64,000 bases of DNA, from contig NC_043000.1 of NCBI RefSeq assembly GCF_006345805.1, positions 17,856,001 through 17,920,000 of the forward strand, written 5' to 3'. The position numbers were made by a program, and so were the translations under genes. This DNA is from Octopus sinensis (Eukaryota). Shown here one piece after another: positions 1 to 13,110 of this stretch (the stretch's first letter is position 1; each line of letters opens with the position of its first letter). The notes beneath the pieces are model-generated. The model saw nothing but the letters and a program-made list of their open reading frames with translations. It was not told the origin of the DNA and ran no database searches.

Positions 1-457
1 ATATTATTCTACTACCATAAGATATCTCCAGACAGCAATATATATATATATATATTTATATAATAAATATAAGAGAGTGGTCACTATATGGCTCACTCTA
101 GCACTAGTTAATCCAAAAGGTTTCAACCACAAAAAATACATGTTTCCCATGAAAGTCAGTACGATTGTTAGCTCACATATATATGTGTGTGTGTTTTTAT
201 ATGTTCACATATTTATAATGGCTTATATATATATATATACCCTCAGTGTTTTGATATATGTTGGCTTTGGCGAGGAGTATTATCAACCTTGAAATTTGTC
301 TCTCTCTAATTAATACTTTGGTATATATATAAATATGCTATAGGCACAGGTATGGCTGTGTTGTAAGGAGTTTGCTTCCCAACCACATGGTTCTGGGTTT
401 GGTTCCACTGAATAGAACTATGGGCAAGTGGTTTTTACTACAGCCCCGGGCCAACTA

Positions 458-750
458 GTTAAGTTAAGTTAAGTTAATTTTTGGGCTCAAAAAGCAAAAA
501 GCAAGGCCATGTAGGGAGACATGGAATTATGTACAGGGAGGGTGTTCATGCAAAGAGTTCAGGCCATTTCTGGTCAAGAGAGACTTTGAACCGAGCGGTC
601 GTCGGCATCTTCACTATCTCGTCCGGCAGCTTATTCCACGGATCCGCAACCCGGACGGAGGAAGCCCCTCTCCTTTGATTGAGATGAAATCGTCGCAGAT
701 AGAGCTTTTCGGAGTGACCCCGCAGCCAACGCTCTGGAGCAGGAGTGAAA
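458..750 (-). mobile_element. 5'-truncated CR1-like LINE 3' end inserted into a family-A SINE
   Basis: The minus strand encodes RGHSEKLYLRRFHLNQRRGASSVRVADPWNKLPDEIVKMPTTARFKVSLDQKWPELFA* (CR1 ORF2 C-terminus pattern), then a 3'UTR and (TTAAC)n tail. SINE A sequence resumes on both sides. Confidence 0.8.
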
Positions 751-968
751 GCTTGTGAATGGATTTTGTAGCTGGAAACAGAAAGCCCATCATGTGTGTG
801 TGTGTGTGTGTGAATGGTGATGTAATGTGTATTATATAAGTAACATGATTATGAAGCAGCTTTAAACTAATGGAATAAACGTCTATTGTTTCACTTCACT
901 TTTCTTATATTTTCAACACACACATATACACATATATTATGACATCAACAATTTAGGTGTGTAAACAC

Positions 969-1000
<32 letters not shown>

Positions 1001-1304
1001 ATATATATATATATGTATAAGTAATACTAAGTAATTAAGGGTTTAGCAGTAATTGATAATTATTCCAAATTAATTAATTTCACCCTTTATTGTTACTGAT
1101 AACTATATATATGTATATATATATTTATAATTACACATATATATATATACACACACATACATATGTATGTCATCAACAATATGTGTGTGTGTATATATAT
1201 ATGTGTGTGTATTTATAAATATATATATATATATATTTATAAATACACACATATATATATACACACACACACACACATACATATGTATGTCATCAAAAAT
1301 ATGT

Positions 1305-1338
<34 letters not shown>

Positions 1339-2250
1339 ACACACTTACACACACAGCATATATATATAATCTTTCACTGTATATCATCAGCAAAGACGTA
1401 AACATTGTGAAGGAAAGACTGATGTTGTTAAATGGAGCCCCTTGTAGTATTTGGTCCATTTGAAACTTATAACCAATGGCGCTATTGTTCATAAATTGCC
1501 ATACAAAATGAATGAATGAATATATAAGTAAATAAATAAATGATAAATATAATTGATGAGGTGATGGCTTGTCACAATACATTTTCATTCAGTCGCTCTT
1601 CTAACAAATTCTTGGACAACAGGAATGTTTTTATTATAACATTGTGTTTCTCCAAAACATTTAAATCAAATGGATTATGGCACTTAAACTAAAAGAATGA
1701 TTATAAATACCATAGTTGTTCTCCAAAACACACATTGCTACCATATCACTGCCAGCATTCTAATCGCTTAATACATTGTTTAGTCATATTGTTTGATACA
1801 ATTAAACAATATCCAGCTTTGTATTCAAGTTTGCATTAACCTTTCGTCAACATTTTGATGTCTGTTTACCAAGCTGACAAGGATTTGGATGTGTCCTCTG
1901 CGCTAATCAATTTAATCATTTGTGAGCCTCCGTCATCTTGTGATCTGACCTCACTTCTTCGCCCCATGTCTTCCCTGATCTTCTTCTATGTGTAAAACCC
2001 CACCCCACACACACACACACACCTATAGCATAAAGCGTTTTTTTCATTTATCCAACCAGTTCTCATCATCCATTCACATCGCATGTCCATACAAGCATAG
2101 TCATCTTTACTGCACATATCAATTTATATCTTTAATAATCAGACACTGTCTTTGTATTTGTTAGTGTTCAGCTAACGTTACACATTCAGTAGGTTATACT
2201 CACTACATTGCTCTCCAGCCTTTGTGGATATTCCATATTCATTGCCCATA

Positions 2251-2674
2251 CTCTCTCTCTTTTACTCTTCTACTCTTTTACTTGTTTCAGTCATTTGACT
2301 GTGGCCATGCTGGAGCACCGCCTTTAGTCGAGCAAATCGACCCCGGGACTTATTCTTTGTAAGCCCAGTACTTATTCTATTGGTCTCTTTTGCCGAACCG
2401 CTAAGTGACGGGGACGTAAACACACCAGCATCGGTTGTCAAGCAATGCTAGGGGGACAAACACAGATACACAAACACACACACACATATATATATATATA
2501 CATATATATACGACAGGCTTCTTTCAGTTTCCGTCTACCAAATCCACTCACAAGGCATTGGTCGGCCCGAGGCTATAGCAGAAGACACTTGCCCAAGATG
2601 CCACGCAGTGGGACTGAACCCGGAACCATGTGGTTGGTTAGCAAGCTACTTACCACACAACCACTCCTGCGCCT
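2251..2674 (-). mobile_element. SINE family A, full length (tRNA-like head, CORE-like ACCTTGGGCAAG segment, internal (AT/GT)n, (AGAGTAAA)n tail)
   Basis: A/B-box-like TGGCTGTGTGGT and GGTTCAGTCC on the minus strand; many homologous copies in the window; long flanking direct repeat. Confidence 0.85.
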
Positions 2675-3293
2675 TTGTGGATATTCCATATTCATTGCCC
2701 ATATTTCACTGTACATCACATTTTTCATATATGCTGCATACAGTCCATTTTTTGTACAAAAGGATAACTCTTTTTAGACCCTTTTCTTGTATCCAGCTTA
2801 TAAACCCTTTTGTTACCATATTTCTGTTGAAATACACTGTGTTTGCTTCAATTAATTTTGAAAGAAATGAAGAATTTAGTAAAATAACTTTGTCATTATT
2901 AAGCTGGTTTTTGGAACAGGTGCAGGAGTGGCTGTATGGTAAGTAGTCTGCTTACCAACCACATGGTTCTGGGTTCTGTCCCACTGTGTGGTACTTTGGG
3001 CAAGTGTCTTCTACTATTGCTTCGGGCCGACCAAGGCCTTGTTATAAGAAAACGGCGGTGCATCAGCATGGCTGCAGCTCTGAGCTGAAACTACGGGGGA
3101 AAAAAAAATGAAATTTTAATGGTTTAAATTTAGAACTCTTGAAAACCTACTGTTTATCCCACTGAACCTTTTACATTGAGAAGCCAGTATGTAGTTCCTT
3201 TTTACATATCAAACATGTCCCCTTCTCAACTGGAGGTTTCATATGTTCTCTTAACAACTTGTAATTTGACTGCCACATCTTTGGACCCTACAC

Positions 3294-3605
3294 CAGTGTT
3301 TCTCAACCATTTTTTACCTGTGGACCTCCTTTGAGTCCTAGTTTATTCTGATGAACCCACTTACCCATTTGATGTCTAAAAAATCCTATTATATTTCTAT
3401 AATTTCATACTAGGAACTGTATAAAAAAATCTTAACCATTTTATGTTTAAGAAAACTTATATTTTTATAATTAAATGTTATTAGAAATTGTATAAAAGAA
3501 TTCGTAAAAATATTTTGTGTATTGTACAAGTATAACCAATTTATTGCAGATAAATTTTCACAACAAAATCTTATAATGGACTTCCAAGGGCCATATGGTC
3601 TTTTG
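3294..3605. mobile_element. hAT MITE, same family; right end lost
   Basis: Starts CAGTGTTTCTCAACCATTTTTTTACC; the internal sequence aligns by eye with 41015-41274. Confidence 0.55.
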
Positions 3606-4529
3606 TATATAAAATTCCCAAGATGATGAGTCATAAACTTCTATGGAAATGGAGCTGTTGCACCCACTGGTTTACTAAATTCTTTACAAAATTTTATGGG
3701 CAACATTAACTCTGCCAACTGCACCTTCAAACACACTTTGTAGAACTCCTACAAGTTATTCAGCTACACTTAGTCTCCATATCACCCACACCTTTAAAAT
3801 TATTTCCCCGGAACAATGAATACTAAGTAGAGAACTAAAGCCTGACAGAAACTCAGATATCCCCTCTTATTCAAGCAAACTTTATCGTGAACTAACTTCA
3901 CTAAAACTCTTTCAACTACTTTTAAGCCTTTATCCAGGAGTTTGAGGTCTGTCTAATTGCTTGTCTCTTATGCATCACTTTTTTTTCGCTTTTAATACTT
4001 GACAATATACACCAGTTGTCTGGAATAACACCTTTCTATTCTATCTAATTAACCAGTTTGTCCTGTATATTTAGCCTCTCACCCACTCTTTTCAACCTAT
4101 ATCTACACAAGTTTCCCACACCTTCACAAAACACACACACTTCCTCATACAGACAGCAGATGACTAACTAGTGTCTATTAGACACTGTTAAACTTACCCA
4201 AAGTCTTTCAACGCATTGTTTTATATGTTTAAAACCCTATCGTATTTGAATTTAATATGCAAACTGCTCCCCTGAAGTATCTTCCTTTGACCATATTGTT
4301 GATATTGATAATCGGCATTTCTGTATTTCCTCTTCTCTTCTCTGTATCTATCTATCTGTCCATCTGTGCATCTGTCCACCCATGCGTCCATCCATCCTTG
4401 CTTCTGTGCATCTGGGCATCCATCCATCTGTGTGTCCATTCATCCATGTGTCCATCCATCCATGCATCCATCCATTCATCTTTCTATCCATCTGTCTATC
4501 TAAATATACTTATGTATACTCACTCTCAC

Positions 4530-4574
<45 letters not shown>

Positions 4575-5085
4575 TTGTAGTTTATTATTGATACCGATAC
4601 AATGTACATTGGTTTAAATGTCTTTTGTAGTTTTAGTACGGTTAGAGTTTAATCCTGCCTATATATTGATTGATTGATTGAAATAATGTGGTTATTAAGC
4701 TTTACCTTTATATTACACTATGGAAGACGGTAGGGATTATAATTTTTTATGACTTAATAGAGTTGATGCTGTTTAGTTATGTATTTAGGAGGGGTTGTAA
4801 TTTACTTATGGAATTTATTTATCGATACGGTTGTATATTGGGTAAATGTGTTTGAAAGTTGTAGTTTCTTTGGTTTGTTTGTTTGTTCCCAAACAACACA
4901 TGTTTTAGTGCTGTTGTTACCACCAGATTCAATGGTACTACCCGGGTGTCAAAACCATAATGATATCCGTGAGGCAGCTGATGATGGAAATATGTTGGAT
5001 TGTTGGAATGGCAGTTTTTGTTTATGTAGATTAGTATTATTGGATTGTTGGTATGGCTGTGGAATAGTAATATAACACATCCTTT

Positions 5086-5125
<40 letters not shown>

Positions 5126-5520
5126 AGAGGGAGATAGAAAACGACTATTTCTTTGCATGTTGTAAAATAGATGTTTTAATGAAACATCTATAATTCACCT
5201 TGATATGAAAAAAGCTATCAGCAGGTGTGACAAACAGAATAAGTTTCTTAAAATTACTGTGTTAATAGTGTACTATAGTTTTGAGTTGCAAATTAAATAA
5301 ATTGATTTTAAAAAAATTAAATAAATTTAAATTTGTCAAGTATAACCTTCTTCAGCACTATCCCTCCATATTTATGAAAAAAATACGAATAATTAAAAAA
5401 AATTACCTTATTTGTCCATAACCATTCAAATTTCATGGTATAAAATTATTTCAAAACATGAGTGAAAGAAAGCTAAACTTCCTTATCAAGTTTCAACATG
5501 CTTCTGCCTGGTGGCAAATT

Positions 5521-5930
5521 AGGAGTGGCTGTGTGGTAAGTAGCTTGTTTACCAACCACATGGTTCTGGGTTCAGTCCCACTGCGTGGCACCTTGGGCAA
5601 GTGTCTTCTACTATAGCCTCGGGCCGACCAAAGCCTTGTGAGTGGATTTGGTAGACGGAAACTGAAAGAAGCCCGTCGTATATATGTATATATATATATA
5701 TATGTGTGTGTGTTTGTGTGTCTGTGTTTGTCCCCCTAGCATTGCTTGACAACCGATGCTGGTGTGTTTATGTCCCTGTCACTTAGCGGTTCGGCAAAAA
5801 GAGACCGATAGAATAAGTACTGGGCTTACAAAAGAATAAGTGCCGGGGTCGAGTTGCTCGATTAAAGGCGGTGCTCCAGCATGGCCGCAGTCAAATGACT
5901 GAAACAAGTAAAAGAGTAAAAGAGTAAAGA
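5521..5930 (+). mobile_element. SINE family A
   Basis: Aligns by eye over its full length with 2251-2674. Confidence 0.85.
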
Positions 5931-5931
5931 T

Positions 5932-6366
5932 TATATAAAAAGAGAGGGAGATAGAAAATGACTTTCCTTGCATGTTGAAAAAATAGATACTTTAATGAAA
6001 CCTCTATAATTCTTGTTTTGAAATCATTTTATACCTTGAAATTCAAATGGCTGTGGACAAATAAGGTAATTTTAAAAATTATTTGTATTTTTTTCGTAAA
6101 TATGGAGGGATAGTGCTGAAGAAGGTCATACTTGACAAATTTAAATTTATTTAATTTTTTAAAAATCAATTTATCTAATTTGTATGTTAAACCCAAAACT
6201 ATAGTACACTATTAACTCACAGTAATTTTCCAAAAATTATTCTGTTCATCTCGCCTGCTAACAGCTTTTTTCGTATCAAGGTGAATTATAGATGTTTCAG
6301 TAAAGCATCTATTTCTTTCAACATGCAAGGAAATAGTCGTTTTCTATCTCCCTCTCTTTTTATATA
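5932..6366. mobile_element. MITE-like element with ~80-bp imperfect TIRs (TATATAAAAAGAGAGGGAGATAGAAAA...)
   Basis: Inverted termini 5932-6012 and ~6283-6366 in TA context; an inverted one-TIR copy lies at ~5120-5457. Confidence 0.6.
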
Positions 6367-6434
6367 TGTATATTTGAATTTGCCACCAGGCAGAAGCATG
6401 TTGAAACTTGATAAGGAAGTTTAGCTTTCTTTCA

Positions 6435-6495
<61 letters not shown>

Positions 6496-6496
<1 letters not shown>

Positions 6497-7920
6497 TAGC
6501 AGTATCGCCCGGCGTTGCTCGGGTTTGTAAGGGAAATAACTATATAAGCATTTTTAGGGAGTTATAGCCAAAAAATAGCAAAAAAATGCATTAAAAATGG
6601 AAAAAAATGATGGTAAATTTTTTTTTAAATCGTTGACTTAACGTAGACATTTTTAGAGAGTTACTTCCCTTATATAATAGCGAAATAATGCATTAAAATG
6701 GAAAAAAATGATGGTTTATTTTTTTTTTAATCGTAGACTCATCGTAGACGCGCGCTAATACCCAGAAGGGCTCGATATGAATCACGACTATAAGATACCC
6801 GGTTTTGGTTAAACTGCACCGCAAAATGTGGGAGTAGTTTGGAATCTAAATCGTAGGAGACAGACACGCAACCTTACTTTTATATATAAAGACTAGCAGT
6901 ATCGCCCGGCGTTGCTCGGGTTTGTAAGGGAAATAACTATATAAGCATTTTTAGAGAGTTACTTCCCTTATAGATGCCAATTCGGGCTTTCTTAGCCATT
7001 TCTGTTTTGGTGTCTTCAAGCCATGAAGTCGTTGTTCTAAAAGAACGCTGGTCTCCTTGACAACGCATTACGACGTTGATTTCCTTAAACTCCCTTCCCC
7101 ACAGCTTCACGAGGGAGGGAAGAAGGGGGAGAAGCAAACACAGGTGCAGGTGTTTGAGCGTGGACGCCAACTCCGCCGCCATCGACACACGAAAAATTAT
7201 GCATTAAAATGGAAAAAAATGATGGTTTATTTTTTTTTTAATCGTAGACTCATCGTAGACGCGCGCTAATACCCAGAAGGGCTCGATATGAAACACGACT
7301 ATAAGATACCCGGTTTTGGTTAAACTGCACCGCAAAATGTGGGAGTAGTTTGGAATCTAAATCGCAGGAGACAGACACGCAACCTTACTTTTATATATAA
7401 AGACTAGCAGTATCGCCTGGCGTTGCTCGGGTTTGTAAGGGAAATAACTATATAAGCATTTTTAGAGAGTTACTTCCCTTATAGATGCCAATTCGGGCTT
7501 TCTTAGCCATTTCTGTTTTGGTGTCTTCAAGCCATGAAGTCGTTGTTCTAAAAGAACGCTGGTCTCCTTGACAACGCATTACGACGTTGATTTCCTTAAA
7601 CTCCCTTCCCCACAGCTTCACGAGGGAGGGAAGAAGGGGGAGAAGCAAACACAGGTGCAGGTGTTTGAGCGTGGACGCCAACTCCGCCGCCATCGACACA
7701 CGAAAAATTATGCATTAAAATGGAATAAAAAATGATGTTAAATTATTTTTAAAATCGTAGACTCATTGTAGACGCGCTCTAATACTCAGACGGGCTCGAT
7801 ATTAATCACGACTATAAGATACCCGAATTTGGTTAAACTGCACCGCAAAATGTGGGAGTAGTTAGGAATCTAAATCGAAGGGGACAGACACTCACACAAC
7901 TACAGTTTTATATATATAGA
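6496..7920 (-). mobile_element. Head-to-tail trimer of a non-autonomous Helitron (units 6496-6892, 6893-7403, 7404-7920)
   Basis: On the minus strand each unit starts TC(TTTATATAT) and ends CCCG(A)GCAACGCC(G/A)GGCGATACTGCTAG. Internal junctions are CTAG|TC, and the array sits between host A and T. Confidence 0.85.
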
Positions 7921-7935
7921 TGTATGTATATATAT

Positions 7936-8110
7936 TATGAGAGTTACTGAAAAGTTCCTGGCTTTAAGGGTATCGCAAAAGTCCTGGTTGGAAACCCAAC
8001 CTTCCAAGTTCTTTTAGAGGGATTAGAGTAACTGAAGGACCACTGCAGTAAGTGTGTGAATTTGAGAGTGGAATATGTTGAATAAAATCATAATTAAGTG
8101 ATCCTCCTAT
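7936..8110 (+). mobile_element. Mariner deletion derivative
   Basis: TA followed by TIR-like TGAGAGTTACTGAAAAGTTCCTGGCTT; encodes the mariner C-terminal peptide HCSKCVNLRVEYVE*. Confidence 0.55.
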
Positions 8111-10320
8111 ATTCTTACAAAGAATAAGTCCTGGAGTCGATTTGCTCGACTAAAGACGGTGCTCCAGCATGGCCACAGTCAAATGACTGAAACAAGTAAA
8201 GGAGAGAGTAGAGAGTATATCACTTTTTTTTTGACTCACTGTATTCCATATGTGAATCCATACTTTGTATTAGTACACAGGATTGCTCCCCTGTGCTGTG
8301 CTATTCTTCCCCTTGTCAGATTGTTGATGTGACCTACATAGATCCTGACTATAATCTCAGCTTCATTCTCTATCTTCATTTTTTTTTTCCCTCAACAATG
8401 CTGAAACTGACCTTAATAGTTTCCTTTATTCCTTCAACCTAAGTCTTTCACTAAACCATTCTTCCTTCTCAACCTCCCATAGGAACATTCCTGTGTCTCT
8501 CTTCACTGTCAGGAGAGGGTTAAGTGCACCAGTGTTGATTTGGACTCTGATAACATCTCCATTCACATAAACACAATGCTTTGCAATTCACATCAGAGTA
8601 CCTCAACACCTCTCATTCTCATAGGACCCATCTCTTAGAATACATGGTAGCTTGGTTTCTATGTAGTTACTTTGTATCATGACCTGCTTTCTTTTACTTC
8701 TTCGAGATCAGTTACTTAGCTTTTACAGTTCTAAACCTCCATTCTATTGTATCATTATCTGTCTTGGTTAGATAGTAGAAGATAATAGTATAGCTAGTAC
8801 AGAACTTACTAGTCAGAAGCTTACTGAAAGGTTGTTCCTGGAAATACTCAGATGGCCTCTGTGTTATTAATTCTCCATTTCCTCCCAAGAATATTGCTGA
8901 AAACCCATTTTCAAATATTTTCTTTTAAATTAGCATTTTGTGGTTGTATCCACACACACACTCTCTCTCACACACACACACACACCACACACACACACGC
9001 ACATGCACACACACACACACACACGCATTCTTATGTATAGTGTAGTATCATGTCTTGTGAGGACTGCTGTTAATTCATTCCATCTAGAATGCCTCTGTGA
9101 TCTCTTCACTAGTTTTATTAATGGAAATGGCCTTGTGTTGCAGCTTTTCTCACTCTCTGCTCATCCTCACTAAATCCCAATAGCAAGCTTGGCAGAATGA
9201 CCAGAAGTCATTAAACGCAAATGTACAAGTGTAGAGCATGAAAGACAGTAGAACTAGATTGATGCAGAAGTGAAAAAAGTTGGCTTTCTGCAGAGGCCAG
9301 TCCTGATATGAGGAGCAGACTTTTCGTATGCGCTTGGCAGCACTTCACTTAACACAAGTGTGTTCAAATCAACAGAAATCCAAGCACTACTGGCAATATC
9401 AATGTTTACGTGCATGCTAGCAGATATGCATACATAAAAATTTATATATATATTATATTAAATTAGAGATAAAACCACTATTAGGCAAATCAAACAGTGA
9501 AAAACATAAGCCAATATATAAAATTAATTTAAAATATAAAAGTTAAAAATAAAAAATTATTTAAATAATTTAAACTTATAAATTTTATATATATATACAA
9601 ATATATATATATGTATGTATATTTTTATATTTATATATTATTTTATTAATTAATTAATTTATTTATTTATTTAAAAAAATTTTTTTTTAATATATCAAAA
9701 GTATTAAAAGTTTAATAAAAGATATGTATATTTGAGAAGAATGTACTGATATATTAATTATTTTGTTGATGTTTTTTTTTATAAGTTAGTTTGAGGAGCG
9801 GTGGGAGCCATGTCCATGACCTTTGCAGGTTTTCCTGATAGAAAGATAGGGAGTGACCTTTATATATACAGAGAGAGAGATAATGAACGTTTTAGATGTT
9901 GAAAATACATTTGAGAACAACAAAATGGTTTAATGTAGAGATTATGAAAATGGATTTGAAATAAACAGTATGATTTATGATACGTCTTATGAATTGTTAG
10001 TTAATAAATTCAGTGCTTTTTTAGCTCTTAGTTATTTTAGGAACAGATTATACATACATACTTTTGTGTGTGTGTGTGTGTATAACACATGATGGCTGCA
10101 TGAAAGTCATACATATTCATGTTATATAAGCTGCAAAATGATAATTGTTGGTTCAGTTCCAGGAATCGGTTATTGGTGTAAGTCAGCTGCCAAGATTCAA
10201 GAAATATCTCTGTACAAATAAGGAACCAATTGATAATGTTAATTTGTTACTGACAGTTGCTACTCAAACTTGGTGTACAACCTGTTAATGGGAAATACTA
10301 TTGCTGGTTTACTTATTTAA

Positions 10321-10531
10321 CCCTTTTGATACCAACCTGCCTGAAACCACCTCTGGATCTGTAGTACAACTGTCTTGTTTTCAAAAGTTCAGAATTAAAA
10401 TCTTACACCAAACCTTAGTCACAATTTATGTTCCTAACACTTGCTTAATAATAACTAAGTTATTTTACTAAATTCTTTGTTATATTTAAAATTAATTGAA
10501 AGAAACACAGAGCATCTCAACAGAAATAGGG
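10321..10531. mobile_element. piggyBac-type MITE, same family
   Basis: TTAA|CCCTTTTGATACC...AATAGGG|TTAA; shares its internal sequence with 11230-11451. Confidence 0.7.
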
Positions 10532-10719
10532 TTAAACAGTTGCCAACGAAGCTTGCATAAATGAATGGTAGTGAGATAGTAAGCACTAAATGTAGAAGAC
10601 CTGCAGAAACTGGAGAGAAATGAGTTGAATCTGTTCTATTGAATATGTAATGTTAACCTGCATGGGAAGTAGAGAACAAGCGGAATGAGAGAATGAATTG
10701 GCATTAACACTTTTGATGG

Positions 10720-11107
10720 ATGGAAGCACTCCGTCGGTTACGATGATGAGGGTTCCGGTTGATCCAATCAACGGAACAACCTGCTCGTGAAATTAACGTG
10801 TAAGTGGCTGAGCACTCCACAGACACGTGTACCCTTAACGTAGTTCTCGGGGATATTCAGCGTGACACAGAGAGTGACAAGGCCGGCCCTTTGAAATACA
10901 GGTACAACAGAAACAGGAAGTAAGAGTGAGAGAAAGTTGTGGTGAAAGAGTACAGCAGGGATCACCACCATCCCCTGCCGGAGCCTCGTGGAGCTTTAGG
11001 TGTTTTCGCTCAATAAACACTCACAACGCCCGGTCTGGGAATCGAAACCACGATCCTATGACCGCGAGTCCGCTGCCCTAACCACTGGGCCATTGCGGCG
11101 CCTCCAC
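10720..11107 (-). mobile_element. SINE family C
   Basis: Near-identical reverse complement of 18424-18814. Confidence 0.85.
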
Positions 11108-11229
11108 ATTTGATACCAACCTGCCTGAAAGATTGTCTCTTGTTCAATGATTCAAATTTCTTGTTTCAAAGTATATTAAAAGCTTATGGGAAAATTTCAT
11201 CTTAATTTATGTTCCAAACATTAGCTTAA

Positions 11230-11451
11230 CCCTTTCGTTACTGTATTTATTTTGAGATGCTCTGTGTTTCTTTCAATTAATCTAAAATATAACAAAGAAT
11301 TTAGTAAAATAATTTAGCTATCATTAAGCTAGCGTTAGGAACATAAATTGTGGCTAAGGTTTGGTGGAAGATTTTAATTCAAAACTTTTGAAAACAAGAC
11401 ATTTGTACTAGAGAGCCAGAGGTGGTTTCAGCCAGGTTGGTAATGAAAGGG
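11230..11451. mobile_element. piggyBac-type MITE
   Basis: TTAA|CCCTTTCGTTAC...GTAATGAAAGGG|TTAA; homologous, in opposite orientation, to 10321-10531 and 14323-14763. Confidence 0.8.
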
Positions 11452-12639
11452 TTAATAATGGTAAAGTCATTTCACTACATTCTTCATTATTTTCAAAATG
11501 AATTGAAACACATGCATGGCCTTGTGGTTAGGGTGTTGCACTCACAATCCTGAGATTGTGGTTTTGATTCCTAGATTGTGTTCTTGAGCAAAACACTTTG
11601 TCTCATGTTGCTCAACGATCACTTCCACTTCTGACACGTACACTGTGGATCCGTTTGGGCAGTGTCGATAGTACATACATTTGATCACTATAAACAAACC
11701 ATTTGTGGAGGTTGTTCAGCAAAAGCTGAATACTCATATGTCATCTTCAGTGGGAGAGCCTGTCGTATTTCAACAGAAATATTTTAATGGAAAGCTTAAA
11801 AATATCATCTTAACTGTATGAAAGACAACTGGATTAGTTTGGACATGAATTTCTTTTTAAATTTTTAATTAATCCGTTGGGGAAGAAGCGGGATTCTCTA
11901 AGGACTTTTAGATGCTCCAAGATTGAGCTTATATAGTTTGCTCGTTTAATTCTGGAGATTAAATAAAGTATTTAAGACAGGGTCTAGGCAGGTGGTTGAT
12001 CTCAGAAATGTGAGATCACATCACACATTGCTGAGCCTCATGGACAAGATGATGATGGATTTGCCAAACTGCTAACCTATCCAACCCTCATAAATATTGT
12101 AGGCTGGACTCTAACAACAATAATGATGATTAGTAAACAATCTTGTAGGCTTAACATACACCCTTGGTTTAATCTTTCAATTTAGTGGCATATCTATCAA
12201 CTTGTGAACATTATTAAGCTAGGCTTTATGTGAATGTGAGACACATGTCCAAACTGGTTCACATGACTAGGCTAAATCTTGTTATGAATATTCAGATATC
12301 ACAATACAGATTCAAGTAGTTGTCTAACACTAGGTCAACTTTGATCAAGTAGGCCTGTGATCAAAGTTGTTGCAGCCGTAACCATGCCATCTTTTATTCA
12401 TACACAATGTATCTAGGACTACATTATCAAATGTGCCCCTCCTGTCAGAGCTTAGTTTTCTGTTTGTTATGTTCCATATTGTAAGTGTCACTGGTACTTA
12501 CTGATGCAGTTTCTTGGTAAGTTTTAGATCTGGTTAGGTCAAGAAGTCTTTCTCAATAAATTTTGAATTTTTTTTTCAAACTTATAGCACATAAAGGGGA
12601 AAAAAAGTTGTGCAGTATAGCCTTGTATAGTGATGGTTA

Positions 12640-13110
12640 AATATATATAGTGTTGCTATGAAATATATATGTAATTTACAGTGTAGTACATACAATATGT
12701 GTGTGATGTAGAATGTGTACAGTGCAGCCTCACATCGTGTGATGTACACTGTAGCCATGTGTAACATAAGCCATATATAGTATGTATGTACTGTGTAGCT
12801 ACATGTAGTGGATGTGATGTATAGCTACATACAGTGTGTGTGATGTACAGTGTATTCACATATGGTCTGTATGGTGTACAGTGGATACAGTGTTAGTGAC
12901 ATATAGCGGGTGTGACATACACTGTAACCATGCATGATGTATATGATGTGCAATGTAAGCATGTACAATGTGCGTGATGTACAATGTAGCCATGTATGAA
13001 ATAAGTGATATATATATACTGTAGCCATGTGCAGTCTGTATGATAAACACTGTCAGCCACCTATGTGTAGCCATGTACAGTGTTGTGGATGTGATGTACA
13101 AAACAGCCAT
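12640..13110. repeat. Degenerate ~25-bp tandem repeat (GTGTGATGTACACTGTAGCCATGT-like) upstream of the first DUS4L coding exon
   Basis: Recurring TGTGATGTAC / GTAGCCATG motifs. Confidence 0.6.

Noticed and set aside
2445-2946. Recurrent ORFs such as MGLNPEPCGW and RLPNPLTRHWSARGYSRRHL
   Set aside because: They recur at every SINE A copy, so they are SINE read-through and not a gene family.
8380-8640. Penelope RT-like peptide traces (also GIY-YIG-like traces near 3780-3900)
   Set aside because: Too degenerate and frameshifted to support by eye; needs a TBLASTN/HMM search.
10720-11107. tRNA-Arg-like sequence at family C heads
   Set aside because: The acceptor stem cannot be completed and the sequence runs into a SINE body with TSDs; not a tRNA gene.
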